Part shown: positions 1 to 12,260 of the stretch, in pieces
Numbering within the stretch: the stretch's first letter is position 1
Layout: every line of letters starts with the position of its first letter
Assembly: GCA_029953675.1 (NCBI GenBank)
Contig: JAMWBK010000005.1
Span: forward strand, 2,418,001-2,482,000
DNA: 64,000 bases
Origin: Rhodosorus marinus CCMP1338
Lineage: Eukaryota; Plantae; Rhodophyta
Reading direction: 5' to 3'
The notes under the pieces: generated by a model
Databases searched by the model: none
What the model saw: only the letters and a program-made list of their open reading frames with translations
Told to the model about the DNA's origin: nothing
Made by a program: the position numbers and the translations under genes

Positions 1-1
1 G

Positions 2-621
2 TACGAACCCAAGAAATGCACAGGGTGCAATCAACATGATCCAGAAGAGCCAGAGGCTCCTGAAGAACTGGAAGACGAGGACATCGTGAAAACTACAACA
101 CGGAAGCTTCGTCGAAAGCTTAAGAACGTTAAGCCTCAAGCGGAACCGGAGGCAGAACCAGAACCAGAGGAAGGAGACAGAATCGCCGTGGCCATTGAGG
201 CGCGAAGGAAACTCAAGGAGAAAGCTGGGAAGAAGCTGGTGCCTGAAGTGGTGAGAGCGATCGCCAACTAAGCGGCCCTGATCTCGGAGTCTATTTTTTT
301 CTTATGTTGCTAACAGGAACGTATTTTCTTCACGACCTTGACTTTCACCAGGAATCGGAAAGCGGCATAGACGCCAATGTTGGCGAGACTATAGCGGAGG
401 CTGTAGAAGAGAACGATACAGATGCAGAGGCTGTTGAAGCAGAGGCCGATGATAATCTTGAGGAGCTGGGTGAACTAGCGAAGGATGCCCTCAACCTCAA
501 GGATCTAAGCGTCGGGAAGCTCAAGCAGTTGTTCAAAGAGGGAGCGAGCGGCCAGACCCTGGCCTCGGTCAAGAAAAAAATAATCAACAGGTGGAGAGGA
601 GTGATTGGAGTAGCAAAGTAG
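2..621 (+). CDS. 3' part of an unknown acidic/charged protein (runs off the window start); intron 251-351
   Basis: Frame open from base 2 (YEPKKCTGC...EDEDIVK). A GTGAGA donor at 251, a CTAAC branch site and a CAG acceptor at 351 join it in frame to ORF 304..621. Confidence 0.6.
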
Positions 622-760
622 TTGCGCCAGCGGGCCCTTTCATGGACTAGTTTATCAGCTCGCGCTTGCCCGTAAAAAAGGGAAAGGGTTTTGCAGTTCG
701 GGCGGTCAGATAGCTAAGCGACCCTTGGCACCTTTTTCGGGGGGGGGGGGCGGGAGGAGG

Positions 761-994
761 ATGGCCGCACCTTGCCCTGTGTGTATGAAATCCGCTGAGA
801 TTAATTCTCCCCACTGTGTGAGTTGCCCTTATCCAAATTTGGTCAGGAGCTTCCTGCCAGTTTGTAGGTATAATAACTCCAACAAAGCTCTCGTACTCGT
901 CCGAAAGCATATCCGCTTGCCTTTTGAAACTTTGCGAATTGAGCAGCAACGAACGTCCTCTCGTGATCCTCTGCCTCGAGTCGAGAGAATATAA
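761..994 (+). CDS. Candidate small zinc-ribbon protein (77 aa)
   Basis: MAAPCPVCMKSAEINSPHCVSC contains CxxC-x10-CxxC and follows a G-rich leader like those of other genes here. Family not recognised. Confidence 0.25.
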   Translation: MAAPCPVCMKSAEINSPHCVSCPYPNLVRSFLPVCRYNNSNKALVLVRKHIRLPFETLRIEQQRTSSRDPLPRVERI

Positions 995-1073
995 TCGTCA
1001 GTGAGGTCTTTGTGCGACAGCCATCACGAGAGTCTCACACAACCAACAGCTTTGAGCATGTTTAGAGCGCATA

Positions 1074-1618
1074 TCAATAAGTACTGTAGATGTCTTCAAT
1101 CCCTTCTCCATGGTATAGACCCAACTCCTTCAGATCGGCCAGAGCTTTTCCTTCTGCTTCATGCATTTTTTCCTCTGAACCCGGGTGGTCATGGTCATGA
1201 CCGGCCAAATGGCAGAGGCTGTGAACCACGACAAGAGGCAGAACATGGGACACCGGAACTCTGTAATGCTCTGCTCGACGAGCAATGTACTGCACACCTA
1301 TTAAGACGTCCCCTAGATCTATTCAAAAATCGACCATAGGTTTCCACATGAGGTTCCTTGTACACAGACTAGATCCGCATCTGCCGAACCATGTGCGTCC
1401 TCACCATACGGAATGTCAGCTCGAAAAGAAAGAGCATCAGTAGGCTTATTGATGCCTCGGTATTCCTTGTTGAATCGTTGAAGAGTCCTGTCGGATGCAA
1501 GCCAGTACCCGACGCAATACTCATTACGGCCTAGCGTCCTCTTCACGGCACCAACCTGCTTGCGAAAAACGTCCAAATCAACGGAAATCTTCCGCTGCGT
1601 GTTTCTTACCTTGATCAT
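1074..1618 (-). CDS. ybeY: YbeY metal-dependent endoribonuclease (rRNA maturation); intron ~1319-1389
   Basis: Motifs NKEYRGINKPTDALSF, DLGD(V)LI and HSLCHLAGHDH (H-x3-H-x5-H). The N-terminus resembles eukaryotic YBEY. Confidence 0.9.
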
Positions 1619-2039
1619 TCGGTCAAAACCACTTGGGTTTTCTCAAACCGTAAAAGACTGGGAGTGTACCCGAACGACATCAATCCAACGTCAATCGCGC
1701 TGAATACCATTCGGAATCGCCAATATTATGGCTTCACCGCCGGAACGGTACGAGTGTGCGAACACGGGGATGGGCGGATAAGTATCCGTCAGCGCTGGGG
1801 TTGCTACCTAGAAACTAAGAAATGTGTCACTATCAGTATCTGTCCACCATCAATCTCGAGTAACTTGGCCAGGAATACTCCATAGCGGCACTGGCGAAGA
1901 GGTCTTTTTCGGCGGAGTGTGAACAATGACAGAGACGGCGGGGATGGATACTCTTCAGGATTGTAGTAGCGGTCGATGAAGAAGGATTGGGGATAGATTC
2001 CGGTATTTTCTTGTCTTTTTTCTTGTGCGTAAGGACTAG

Positions 2040-2947
2040 ATGGAAGATATGACTGGTTTTGGATATTGCGCGGGGTTCACGGGCATTCAACGCCCTGGAA
2101 TATCTGGCGTCTGTCGTATGCGATTGAGTGGCATGGATGAGATCGCTCAGCTACATGTTGATGCGTTTGAGCGTTTGGAGAGGAGGTTAAGGCTAACTCC
2201 ATCGGATCACTGTGCTGAAACTCTTGGTGGCTCTTCCTCCTTTGAATTCGGGCCTTCTCGCGGTAAGATTTCTGGATTTGTGAGCCCCGAAGTGCCTTGG
2301 CTTGCCGAGTCACAGATTCGACGCGACGATGACGAGTTTGTAAGGTCGAGGTTACTAGGATTCGCTTCGAGCAATAGCTGCGTGCCACATTTGGACATAT
2401 CGATACATGCAACTATGGGTGGAACGATGATGCGGATCGACATGATACCGAGGATTGATTCCATTGAGGCGGTTCGATACCGCGACACCTTTTGCGGAGA
2501 GAGCAGGCAGAGTTTGTGGGAGTCTGTTACGAAACAAGCAACCGCGGTAAGAGAAGAAGAGAAGGTCTCCGATTTTGAAACCCGGCTCTCAGGACGCTGC
2601 CCTGTCTGAATGTGATGTTCATGTGCCAGATGTTCGTCAATCCCGACGTCAATGCGAGGGCTTTGCAATCGCCATGCTGTATTTCTATCATCTCGAAGAA
2701 TGATGAGAAGGTTGTGAATCTCCTTTCTCAAGCGATATGCTCCTCCATCGATGCCTGGAGCACATGGATTGAATCCCCACCGCTCACAACGTCAGAGCTG
2801 GACTGCTCACAAGTCGTTTCTAAACGGGACCAGAAGCTGAACGAGCTTCTTTACAGTATTGAGCGCGACTCCGCCGCGGAACTGTTTCTCGATAGGAACT
2901 TCGCAACGGCTTACGCAACAGCGCTGCTTGGGCCACGCAGGCCATAG
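2040..2947 (+). CDS. Red chlorophyll catabolite reductase (RCCR)-like / ferredoxin-dependent bilin reductase family; intron 2547-2629
   Basis: Transit-peptide-like N-terminus. VPHLDISI..MRIDMIPRIDSIEAVRYRDTF, FVNPDVNARALQSP and KRDQKL...SIERD..ELF parallel plant RCCR segments. The GTAAGA...CCAG intron restores the frame. Confidence 0.62.
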
Positions 2948-3885
2948 CCGGCAAACAAAACATACCAGGATCACGAGCTTGGCATTCGTATTTATTCACA
3001 GATTCACTCCGTAGCACTAAACAAGTAGATATTCGATCCCAACTCCAAAGAAAAATAATCCTTTTGATCTTTTGACATCTGCTCAGATTGAAACCCCTCT
3101 CAATACGGACCCATCTGCACTCCATCAGAGACATACCCTTTGACTCACTCCTCCCTCATCACTTACCTCTCCAAATTATAGCAAACTCCACGTCATAAAA
3201 GAAGTATATCCTAACCATGTCTATCATCTCGACAAGACTCTTCTTGCTGAACCAAGTCATCATCGCCAGCTGACTAATCAACCTCAGCTGACTTCCCTAA
3301 AATACCGTCGTATCCTAAATATAACCAAAAGACAAACAAATAAAGGCCAAAATCAACTTAATACTTAATCTAAGACAGTATATCCTCAAAAAATCTGAAT
3401 CGACGTTGAAAGGACCCTATATTTCTAATTAAAGAAAATATCGACATAAAATAGAAAAAGGTCGTTTTGTTCCCTAAATAGAGAAACTCTTTCATGATCT
3501 CTTCTCAAGAGTAGTCAACTGTCATGATGTGAAAACTCTCACCTGGTGATGAGGATGAAAAGCTCAGGTTTTTTCGACGTTTTCTAAAACGTGTAAGGAA
3601 CTTTTAAGGGCTGGTGGTGGTGTTCACGTCATTGAGGGATGGGTGATGCAATTGAGTTTTGGTCTGGTGGATGACGTTAGTGAGGGTTGTGAAAGGTATA
3701 AGTAGCAGAGAGCAGAGATGAGTTCTTAGCATATGAGAGTGAGGTTGTTCTTTGGCTTAACAGGGCGTGTGGTGATAGGAGACAGATACTGGGCTTCGGC
3801 GTTAGGTTTCCGGTTGTTGGAGAAGTGTTTGGTGGGCTTTGTTTTGTGTTTCCCGAGTGTCGGTGTTGTTGTTTCTTTGTTCGAG

Positions 3886-5261
3886 ATGTTTCGGACAAAG
3901 GACGTGCAGGCCACAGAGCCTTGGAGGGATTCTGAGACGTCGTCATCCGAAGGAAATCCGTTGGCTGTTTCAGGGGACCGACGGACGAGTAGCGATTTGA
4001 GAAGCTCTTGGGATGATGATATGGAGTCTGATATGTCTTCCGGGGAGATGACGCAGCTGGAGAAACGGGTGCGATCCAAGTGTGTTCGTCGGCGCAGTTG
4101 TACAGTTTTCACGCTACTAACATACTTGTCCTCTGGCTTATAGGTTCAAACTACTGAACAAAGTCTGTCGCGGAGAGTGGACAAGTCTGTATGGGAAGGT
4201 CGAGGTCCAAAACGAATCCGGACCTGGACTACCTCAGCTGCGTTCTTTTCGCAGCCCGTGTTACTTAATCAGTTTAATCTCACACCCCTGGTAAACCAGT
4301 GGTACAAGGACATCATAGTCATCCCTCACAATGCTATCAAGATGGAGCTTATGGATATGTACAAGATGCTCCGCTCTTTCGAGCTCTTTCGCCGCAAGGT
4401 AAGGTGCCTGCTGAGCCCGCTCTCTCCGAGCCCTTTTTTTTTTTTGGCCGTCATCCATCGAGAGTCTGAAGAGCATTCGCTGCTCCCTTTCGCCGCACCA
4501 GATCGCGTCGTCCGACCTAGCGCGGTTTTTTATTTGGTTTGAACTCGCGGAGAAGTTCATCGTTACCTTTCTCGATCTAGACGAAGAACTCATTATGAAA
4601 CCAGTAGACAGTGTGACGACTCTGCCAAATGTTCTTAACAAAGAGTCTAGAGCGGAAGAGAAGCAGGCCATCCGCGACACGTTTGCCGTAATAAATACTT
4701 ACCGCGTAGAGGCCGCAGTCATCAAAGAGGATGATAGCAGCTTTGACCACTTTCGACAGAGCTGTCGAATCCTGGGATCAAGACTTGGTAAGCGCAGAAT
4801 CCAACATGCTGGCTGACATTTGAGAATCCATCTCAGTATATGGCAAGAGATGGGCTCCTGGGGCCAATTTGCTGACGCCTTTGGGAACTTCATCATCTTT
4901 CTCTGCAGTGAACTATCTCTCCATAAAGGAAAAGTATATCCCCCAGCAGATCTTTCGGTTTTCAAATGAGCAGGAGACTATCTCCATGCAGAATACGATG
5001 ATGATGAAGTTGAAACGTGTCCCCACTGATGGCGATAAGTTTTACGTCTTGTACATGCGAGATTTGGACCTCAAGACGGCGAGGGCGTGGAACAAGAGGT
5101 ACCTCAGCTGGATGCAGAGAAAGTTTCGCTATCGGAAATGGCGAAGGCAGTTGAAAACACAGCACTTCAACTTTGTTGAACAGATCAAACGCGACGTTGG
5201 AGATCCTGGGAGCTCGTTCCTGCCAGGATCATGGAAAACAGAGGTCTCCCATTCTAAATAG
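3886..5261 (+). CDS. Multi-exon hypothetical protein, possible hemerythrin-like helical fold
   Basis: Coding-like ORFs 3733, 4177, 4595 and 4869 are separated by GT-AG introns. WYKDIIVIPHNAIKMELMDMY resembles the H-x-x-(I/L)-(R/K)-x-E first helix of hemerythrin-like domains. Start codon and exact exon limits are uncertain. Confidence 0.6.
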
Positions 5262-5738
5262 CCATGCATCTTACAGCGTGAGAGTCTTGAGAGCCTACAG
5301 ATATGCCTGACTCTTCAATGTTCATGCCGTTCAGTTTCCTTTTATATTGTTAATTCACTAATTGTTCTCTCAGACGCGCAGTACCTGCCGACCCGCCATG
5401 GTCAGCATACCTGCCTGTCTACACTAGATTAAAATAATACATGACACTCCAGGTTAAAAGCAACTCTACTCAGACTGCATGTCTCAAAGTTTGCAGATAC
5501 GTGTACGCTCAAGTCGTTCTCAACTGTGTTCCGTCATCACCCGTTTCCCAGCTGCAGATGTTAGCTGAACCAACCACAATTCACCCCATAGAGGAGCGGA
5601 ACATACATATTCCTCCCCTCCAATCCCAGTTGATAACAACATCAAACGCTCCATTCCCAAGTTCTAGTCCGTGATTGTGATCGAACGGTACTTTTTCTCG
5701 TGGCTCAAATAAAACCTCCCGAGAACGGATTTCCAAAG

Positions 5739-6830
5739 TTAGATCTTGACGTCCAGCCATACGCCATAAAAACCAATAACGGAGGCCAGCAACCTGAAAA
5801 CCCAAATAATCAAAAGCGTGAGTGGGAATTGTCTCGTTGGCCTTTGCAGCTACTTCTCGATTGAATGCTCACCCTGATATGCCTTCGATTGTTCTGGTTT
5901 GTCGCTCTGTCAGGAACCAGAGCAAGTTCGATTCGCACGTCGCTGTGACTACATCCGAACCTTGTTTCACTACAGCAACAACCTGTTTGCGCATGGCTGT
6001 GCTATTCTTCTTGTCGAACTCGAACAAAGCCCTCTTTTCGTCATCAGCGGAACCCCCCTGCAAAATTCACAACGACACGTTGGTTTAGCTGTGATTCAGG
6101 AACCATACTTGATCAGCTCTTTGAGGAAGTTTAGCTGACATTCGAGACCGCCAGTCTGTCCCTTCTTTGGGTCCTAATCGTCTCGGAGAGGAGGTGGAGC
6201 TGTCTTAAGAACTCAAACGTCGCATTGGACAACCACATGTAGCTGCTCATGCTTTCCACCCTGACTGCTTCAGGCTTGGGAAGAGCCCTTACGCTGATGC
6301 GGTGCAACCAGACGAGGTGATCGTAGTAAAAGTAAAGGATCTCAGCAGCAACGGCAAGGACACCGAGCAATCTGGTTTTCCACGAACAACCCACGCGTTA
6401 GTCTCTGCCCGATTATTCTTGAAGCAGCGTGAATACTATCCAAACTCATTCGCTGAGCTGCGCACCTGTTCATAAGCTTTACACCCTTGTTCTTCCCGCG
6501 GAACACGACGAGGAACAATTCCTTGAAGTTCTCCACCATCTTGACCAGCCGGAGGGACTTACGTGTTGTGCTCATTGCTAGCTTCATTGAGCCGACCAGT
6601 GAAGAAGCCGTTCCACCCTTCTCTAGTGCACACACTAGCAGCATAGATGAGTACTGCACAATCTAGACCACATCAACAACAGCAAAAAACGCGACCACAA
6701 TCTGTCAGCCACCAAACAACCAGACCCAACCATCAAGCAACGCAATCCAGGACCAACTCACCCTGAAAGATTTGTCACGGCCATCAGTCCGCTTCATCAG
6801 TCCGACAAGGCGACTAATCCTCTCATCCAT
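5739..6830 (-). CDS. PEX11: Peroxisomal membrane protein PEX11 family (multi-exon)
   Basis: N-terminal MKRTDGRDKSFR, central YFYYDHLVWLHR, VAVVKQGSDVVTA and C-terminal GLLASVIGFYGVW match PEX11 patterns. Confidence 0.8.
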
Positions 6831-7740
6831 TTTCCCTGGATTCCTCATCCTTTCCATACCCTTACCCCACCAAAACCACCAATCCACTGATCAACAACAA
6901 CAAAACTAACTGAATAAGTCCTACAAGCCCTCATATATCTTCACCTCCTCTCCCCTCCTCTTCTTCCTACACCCATACTTATACCAAAACCTTTCACAAC
7001 CTAAACACACCTTTAAAGCTCCACCAAATCAATCCCATTCACCTCCACACCAAACTCTACACACAAACCAAACCCTAAACGGCCATTCCGTGGATACCAT
7101 CCATCCATCCATCCACTCCCTTTCATTCACGATATCACCACAAACACACGCCAACCCACCCCTTACTATAATCTCTACCAATAAATCACGTTATCCACAA
7201 AAACTATATCAATAAAATACATTTCATAAATATCCAACGACTTCATTGCCACCCCCTTCTAGAATCTATTTACCTCGTCGTATCAACCAAATAATCTTTT
7301 TAAAAACAAACTATTTCTCAATAAATGAAATCGCAGAGGGGGTTATCAACCCGTTAAGTTCGCGATAGTCAACAGCCCTTCCCTTCCCTAACCCCCCCCC
7401 CCCCTGGTTTACTTTTACCTCACGCTCTCGGTGAATCAGATTTTTTTTTTGCTCGCTGACTGCGAAAATTGCATTGCGGCTTTCTGGAGCAAATAGCAAA
7501 ACGTGTTTTTTACGTGAACCTCAGTATGTATGATGATTGATATCAATCTTTTAAAATGAGAATAATGATTGCAAAACAAGCAGGGGATGGGGAAGGCTTC
7601 GTGTTGGAGGGAGTTATGTGTGTGTTCTATGGTCAATACTTTCTGTCTCATGAATGAGTTTGTTTAATCGGGGACCGAAAGTAAAACCCCCGAGCGGAGA
7701 AAATAACTAAGCGCGGAGAAGATCGCGCGCCTCCAACATC

Positions 7741-7900
7741 AAAGCCCAGCGTTCATACGCCACAGCAAGAAACTTAAAACGGATAAAACAAAGAGGACAG
7801 ACGGTCAGGGAGTTCGCGGAACAATTCCTGAAGCCACCGAGAACCAACGGAATCCATAAACCCAAAGCACTCAATGACCAGAGGTACCAGGCGATGAGCT
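7741..7900 (+). mobile_element. Possible degenerate LTR-retrotransposon gag relic
   Basis: Frame at 7741 reads ARNLKRIKQRGQTVREFAEQFL, similar to the gag L-x-Q-x-G-x-SV-x-EY-x3-F motif. It is flanked by stops. Confidence 0.3.
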
Positions 7901-8375
7901 AGAGCCGAAGCACGAAGGCCCTGGGGAAGACAAAGCCCCCGCATATTTCAACTCTTTGCGACGTCTCATACTGGCAGGGGCAAATCCACGGCGCTCCCCC
8001 GCAACCGGCAAAGAACGACTGCCTTTGGATTAGGAACTGCAAGATCAACGTACGTCGTTTAATGTCTCATGGAGGTTTCTGGGTATGACTGGGCTTATCG
8101 TAGTAATCGCATTCGAAGGTAGGATTAGTTTTATCTACGTGATTGGTCAACAGGGTATAGTATTCGACTGCCTGTTGTGTTTGTTAGTACTGAACTGAGA
8201 ATTTTAGGAATGGCTTTGTCGGCCGTTGTGTCAAGTCAGAATTATCGGGATTGTTTATTTACAGAATGTGGTGGACAGGACAGTCTGTGGCTTCGCAGAA
8301 GCAAATTAGTGAGTTACTTTCGGAGCAACAGTATGCGCCTCTCGATGAGCTCCCCTTGAAACGGGCTGAGCGCAT

Positions 8376-8994
8376 CTAAATAGAAATGTTCTTCATCGCC
8401 CGCTTCATTTGTCTGTCGTCTTCCCTCTTCTTGATTGTATCCCTCTTATCTGCCAGGTTCTTTCCACGGGCTAGTGCCACTTCTATCTTCAACCATCCTC
8501 GCGCTGTGAAATACGCCCTGAAAGATTTTTTTTTTACAACGTCAGTAAGCACTCTAACCGCTTTCATTGATCTGCACCACATACTTTGTTGCGATGAGGG
8601 TCATCCCCTTCTGATCTATTTCGCTTTTCAACTTCCTTATATCCCTCTTGTGCAACATGAGCCTCCTCTCACGCACTGGCTCATGATTAAAGAACGCAGA
8701 CGTCGAACCGTACGGAGCTATATTTACGTTCTTCAAAAACAGTTCCCCTTCCTTGACTGTGCAGAAGCTATCCTTAAGAGTCATCTGCCCGGCGCGAACA
8801 CTCTTAATCTCCGATCCTGTCAACTCAATTCCGCACTCGTATTTTCTCAACAGCTCATACCTAAACCGTGCCTCCCTATTCAAAATTGTAGGACTACTCG
8901 AGGAATTTGACTTTGACTTTGCACAGACTCTGACTAGCCTCTCGTTCATCCCTAGCTTCGCCAAGCCCAAGCTTATGAATCCCAAATCCGTCAT
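8376..8994 (-). CDS. smpB: SsrA(tmRNA)-binding protein with putative plastid transit peptide; intron 8518-8584
   Basis: [35 protein letters not shown] and [17 protein letters not shown] are canonical SmpB motifs. N-terminal extension MTDLGFISL...SSSS. Confidence 0.95.
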
Positions 8995-9955
8995 TGAGAA
9001 GCACAAAAGAAGAACAAAACACAAGAGATCCTGGCACCGACAAACAAAAAAGGGGAAAAGCAAACAAAGAGAACTCTAATCGCAGAAAAAAGAGCACACA
9101 GGAAAATTGGAAAGCGATCCAAAACAGCGAAGGGCCCTTCCTTGTCCTTTACCGTTCCGTCTAATCTCCCCCCACGTTGCCACTATCGCTCAGCTTTTTG
9201 GCTCTAGTCGAAGTTGCAGTTGCAGTCAAAAGGGTTTGACATGGCCTTAGGAAGATCGATTTGCACTTGAAGCTGGTCCGCAGTGTTGGAACCGCTGATT
9301 GTGCCGGGATGGGCTGGTTTACGAATAAGACCAGCTCAGCTTTAGGTGTGCAGGTTTCAACGCGCTTTTATGCGAGGCTTTCTCAGAACATAAGAGCGGA
9401 GTTTGGGGATGCGTCATGGCGGAGGCGGGGATGATTTTTGTGGTTGGTGCTAGATTGCTGAAACCTTGATAGGGTTTGGTGGATAAGCGGAGGTTGCAGC
9501 CTTTGGTTTAAGAAGCATGCGTGCATACACCAAACGGTGTCATGTTGATTAGTAGCCTTTGAAACCCTAAACAAGGTGGCGTGAACAGCGTTTAGGACGG
9601 AATTGTCGTCGTCCTCTTCGAGTGCAGTATTTTCGGTCATTTAGAACGAGCAAAAAATACTAACCCAAGGCCTTCATGAGCCGGAGCCATCATGGTGAGC
9701 ACTCTTGAGGGGCCCGTCTTCATGCACAATCTTCTGTGTCCGAGAGACAGTCTTAGCTGGGGTGTCAAGGGCTTGTGAGAACGCAAAGATCGTCGCCAGC
9801 CAGCGTCCGAGGCCGGTGCTCAAATCGGTACGTCGAGAGTGGTGTGTGTGGGGGGGGGGGGTAACATCCGTTCATTTTGAATCACCTTACAGGAAGTCAT
9901 TAATTCTTCAGTTATAATAAAATAAGTTCTCCGAACAACCTCGTCGCGGAGGCTT

Positions 9956-10636
9956 CTAAGAGGCTGAGTTCAGGCGGATATTCTTCGCGGCGTCATTCAC
10001 ATGGAAAGAGCGGAGGTGGCCGTGCAACGTAGCTTTTGTAGTGAAAGTGGCGTCGCAAAACTCACAGCAGAAGGGTTTCTCTCTCATATGTACAGATCTG
10101 AGCACCTCAAAGGAAACTAGATAAAATTTAGAGCCAGTGGCACTTGCTTCATAAGGGGCAAGGAATAAGCATCTTCCTTACCTGACATGCGTGGCAAGAG
10201 TGGACTTCCTTGCAAAAGTTACGCTGCAGTGGTCGCACTTGAAAGGACGTACCCTCCGGTGAATTGCCTTCACGTGCCTGCAGGAGGTACCAGATGATGA
10301 CAAGTCAGATTAACAGTTCTGAACAGTTCCCCATTTCAAGCGATTTTCGGCACGATTGAGGAATTCATACCTATTCATATCCCCTCGAATGCCGAATCTC
10401 GACCCACATTCTACGCATTCAAACGGCCTCTGCTTTCCATGCACCAGCATACTGTGCCTCTTCATATCCGAGTTCGCTTTAAAATACCTCCCACACTCGT
10501 TGCACGAAAACATCTTGAACCTTCGATAAGGTACAATCACAGACTTATCCCGCTCCTCCCCGACACCTGACGGTGACTCAGCTGGTGAGTCAGAGACCCC
10601 AGTCCCTTCCCCCGATTTCACTGCCAAATCACTCAT
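9956..10636 (-). CDS. C2H2 zinc-finger transcription factor (4 fingers, 2 introns)
   Basis: FSCNECGRYF..H..LVH, FECVECG..R|HVKAIH, FKCDHC..HVR|SVH and FCCEFC..HLRSFH, joined via GT-AG introns. Stop at 9956-9958. Confidence 0.9.
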
Positions 10637-12220
10637 TGCTCTCACCAACCGTCCTCCTTCACCCTAAGCTAACTCCAACCCACATTCCGAACATCCCTAC
10701 AAAACCCTAATCGCATATTTAGTGCCACAAACCGAGCTACCTAACATGTGCACACCTTACACAACCAATATCATCCGGTTGGTCTGCTTATCGCCATGTT
10801 CCCATTATATACAAGAACCCAGGGGATTCTTCATCTTCTGCCTCCCCACATTGACCGTGGCTTTTTTTTCTTTTTCTTAACCTCATATGAGAATGTCCTC
10901 CATTTTAACCACTTTCCCACTAACGCAACTGGCACCACTCACCGGGCCTCAGCGACCGGCTACACCTCTGCACAACAACCACAAGGACAACGACAGACAA
11001 CAAACCAACCACATTGCCCGATCTTATGCCAAATCGAATTTCCTTATAATAATAATAAAATATTTACATGGAACGCTTTGGAATCGACCGGATTCTGGAA
11101 TTGGATTCCAGTATACCAGATGAATTTTAAGTCAGGTCAACCTACAACAGAATAATAAGTAATTTTCTATCTTCATTCAAGTACTTTCCCAGGTAGGATC
11201 AGGCAGGCCCCCATTCCCCCCCCCCTATTGGAAACGCGCGGCGAGAACACCCTTCTGATTTTGCCGCAAAAATTAGGCATATTAATAATTAATCATAAGT
11301 ATTTTAATAGTCTATATTTTATTTGAATTAGTTAATAAAAAGACCGTAACTGATGAAAATACACGCAACTCTTTCACGAGCTTATGACCTGCGATCCTTG
11401 CAGGTGAAACGAATAGAGGGGTAGATTATTGCGCTGAGGAATACCGTGGGGGTGGGGGGTAAAGCCCTCCTGAGCGGGAAGAGTCTTAGAATCTTTAGAA
11501 AGATTCCGTTCGCGTCAGCTAGCCGTTCATTGGATAAGGTTTATTATCTTATGAAAAGAATTACCCTGAAGCGATACATTTATCGTTTTATCACGTCTAC
11601 TGTCAGAATGGTTGTAAAATAATAATAAATTTCTTGTAACATTCGGGGGGATCAGGTCGAAGATGGGTGGAAAGACTTCTTTTATCGTATTATACAGTGC
11701 ATTGAATTCGCATTAGGAGGGGTACTCTTCGATTCGATTCCCCGCTCCTCTATTGCTGAAGAAATTGATGTCTTCAATCCATAAACGCTCAGATTCAACA
11801 CCGCACCGGGTTGCTTTTTCTGATAGGCCAACGTCCTTTGTCCGGAGAAGCTTAGAAAACCGGACCGAAAATAGGCTTCCTTTCTATCTCTTCAAAAACC
11901 CTCACAAACCGACTCGATTCTAGTGAATATACTAAAACCTTTGACTAGGTGGTGGGGGGTGGGAGCGAGCATAGTTTGTAATACCCCACTTGGCCAAATT
12001 ATCCAACCCGCTGAGGGACAATAATCAAGTATTCCGTAAAATCAATAAACTATTGTCTGTGCGGCAATAAAAAGAGGAGGCACTGATAAGATTGTGGTTT
12101 TGATCAACCCCGGACTCTCCACGAATCCCAGAACGTTGTAGATTAGACACCACCAAACCCTTTGACGAACCTCTAGCTCAGCCCGACAGACTCGAATATT
12201 GAATTAGTATAAAATTCCAC

Positions 12221-12260
12221 GAAACCTAGAAAAAAAACTGGTTAGGGTTTTCTAGGTTTC
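12221..12260. repeat. 13-bp perfect inverted repeat with 14-nt loop
   Basis: gaaacctagaaaa (12221-12233) / ttttctaggtttc (12248-12260). Confidence 0.7.

Noticed and set aside
7191-7199. Perfect DnaA box TTATCCACA
   Set aside because: A single 9-mer in eukaryotic nuclear DNA with no cluster is expected by chance.
11381-11410. Hammerhead-like string CTTATGA-cctgc/gcagg hairpin-TGAAAC
   Set aside because: The core has U in place of the essential G5 and an extra base before GAAA, and I found no stem I/III partner with a cleavage triplet.
11629-12120. ISCNIRG... resembling a LINE APE endonuclease start
   Set aside because: Only one short motif; the downstream LQE/GD/SDH motifs were not found.
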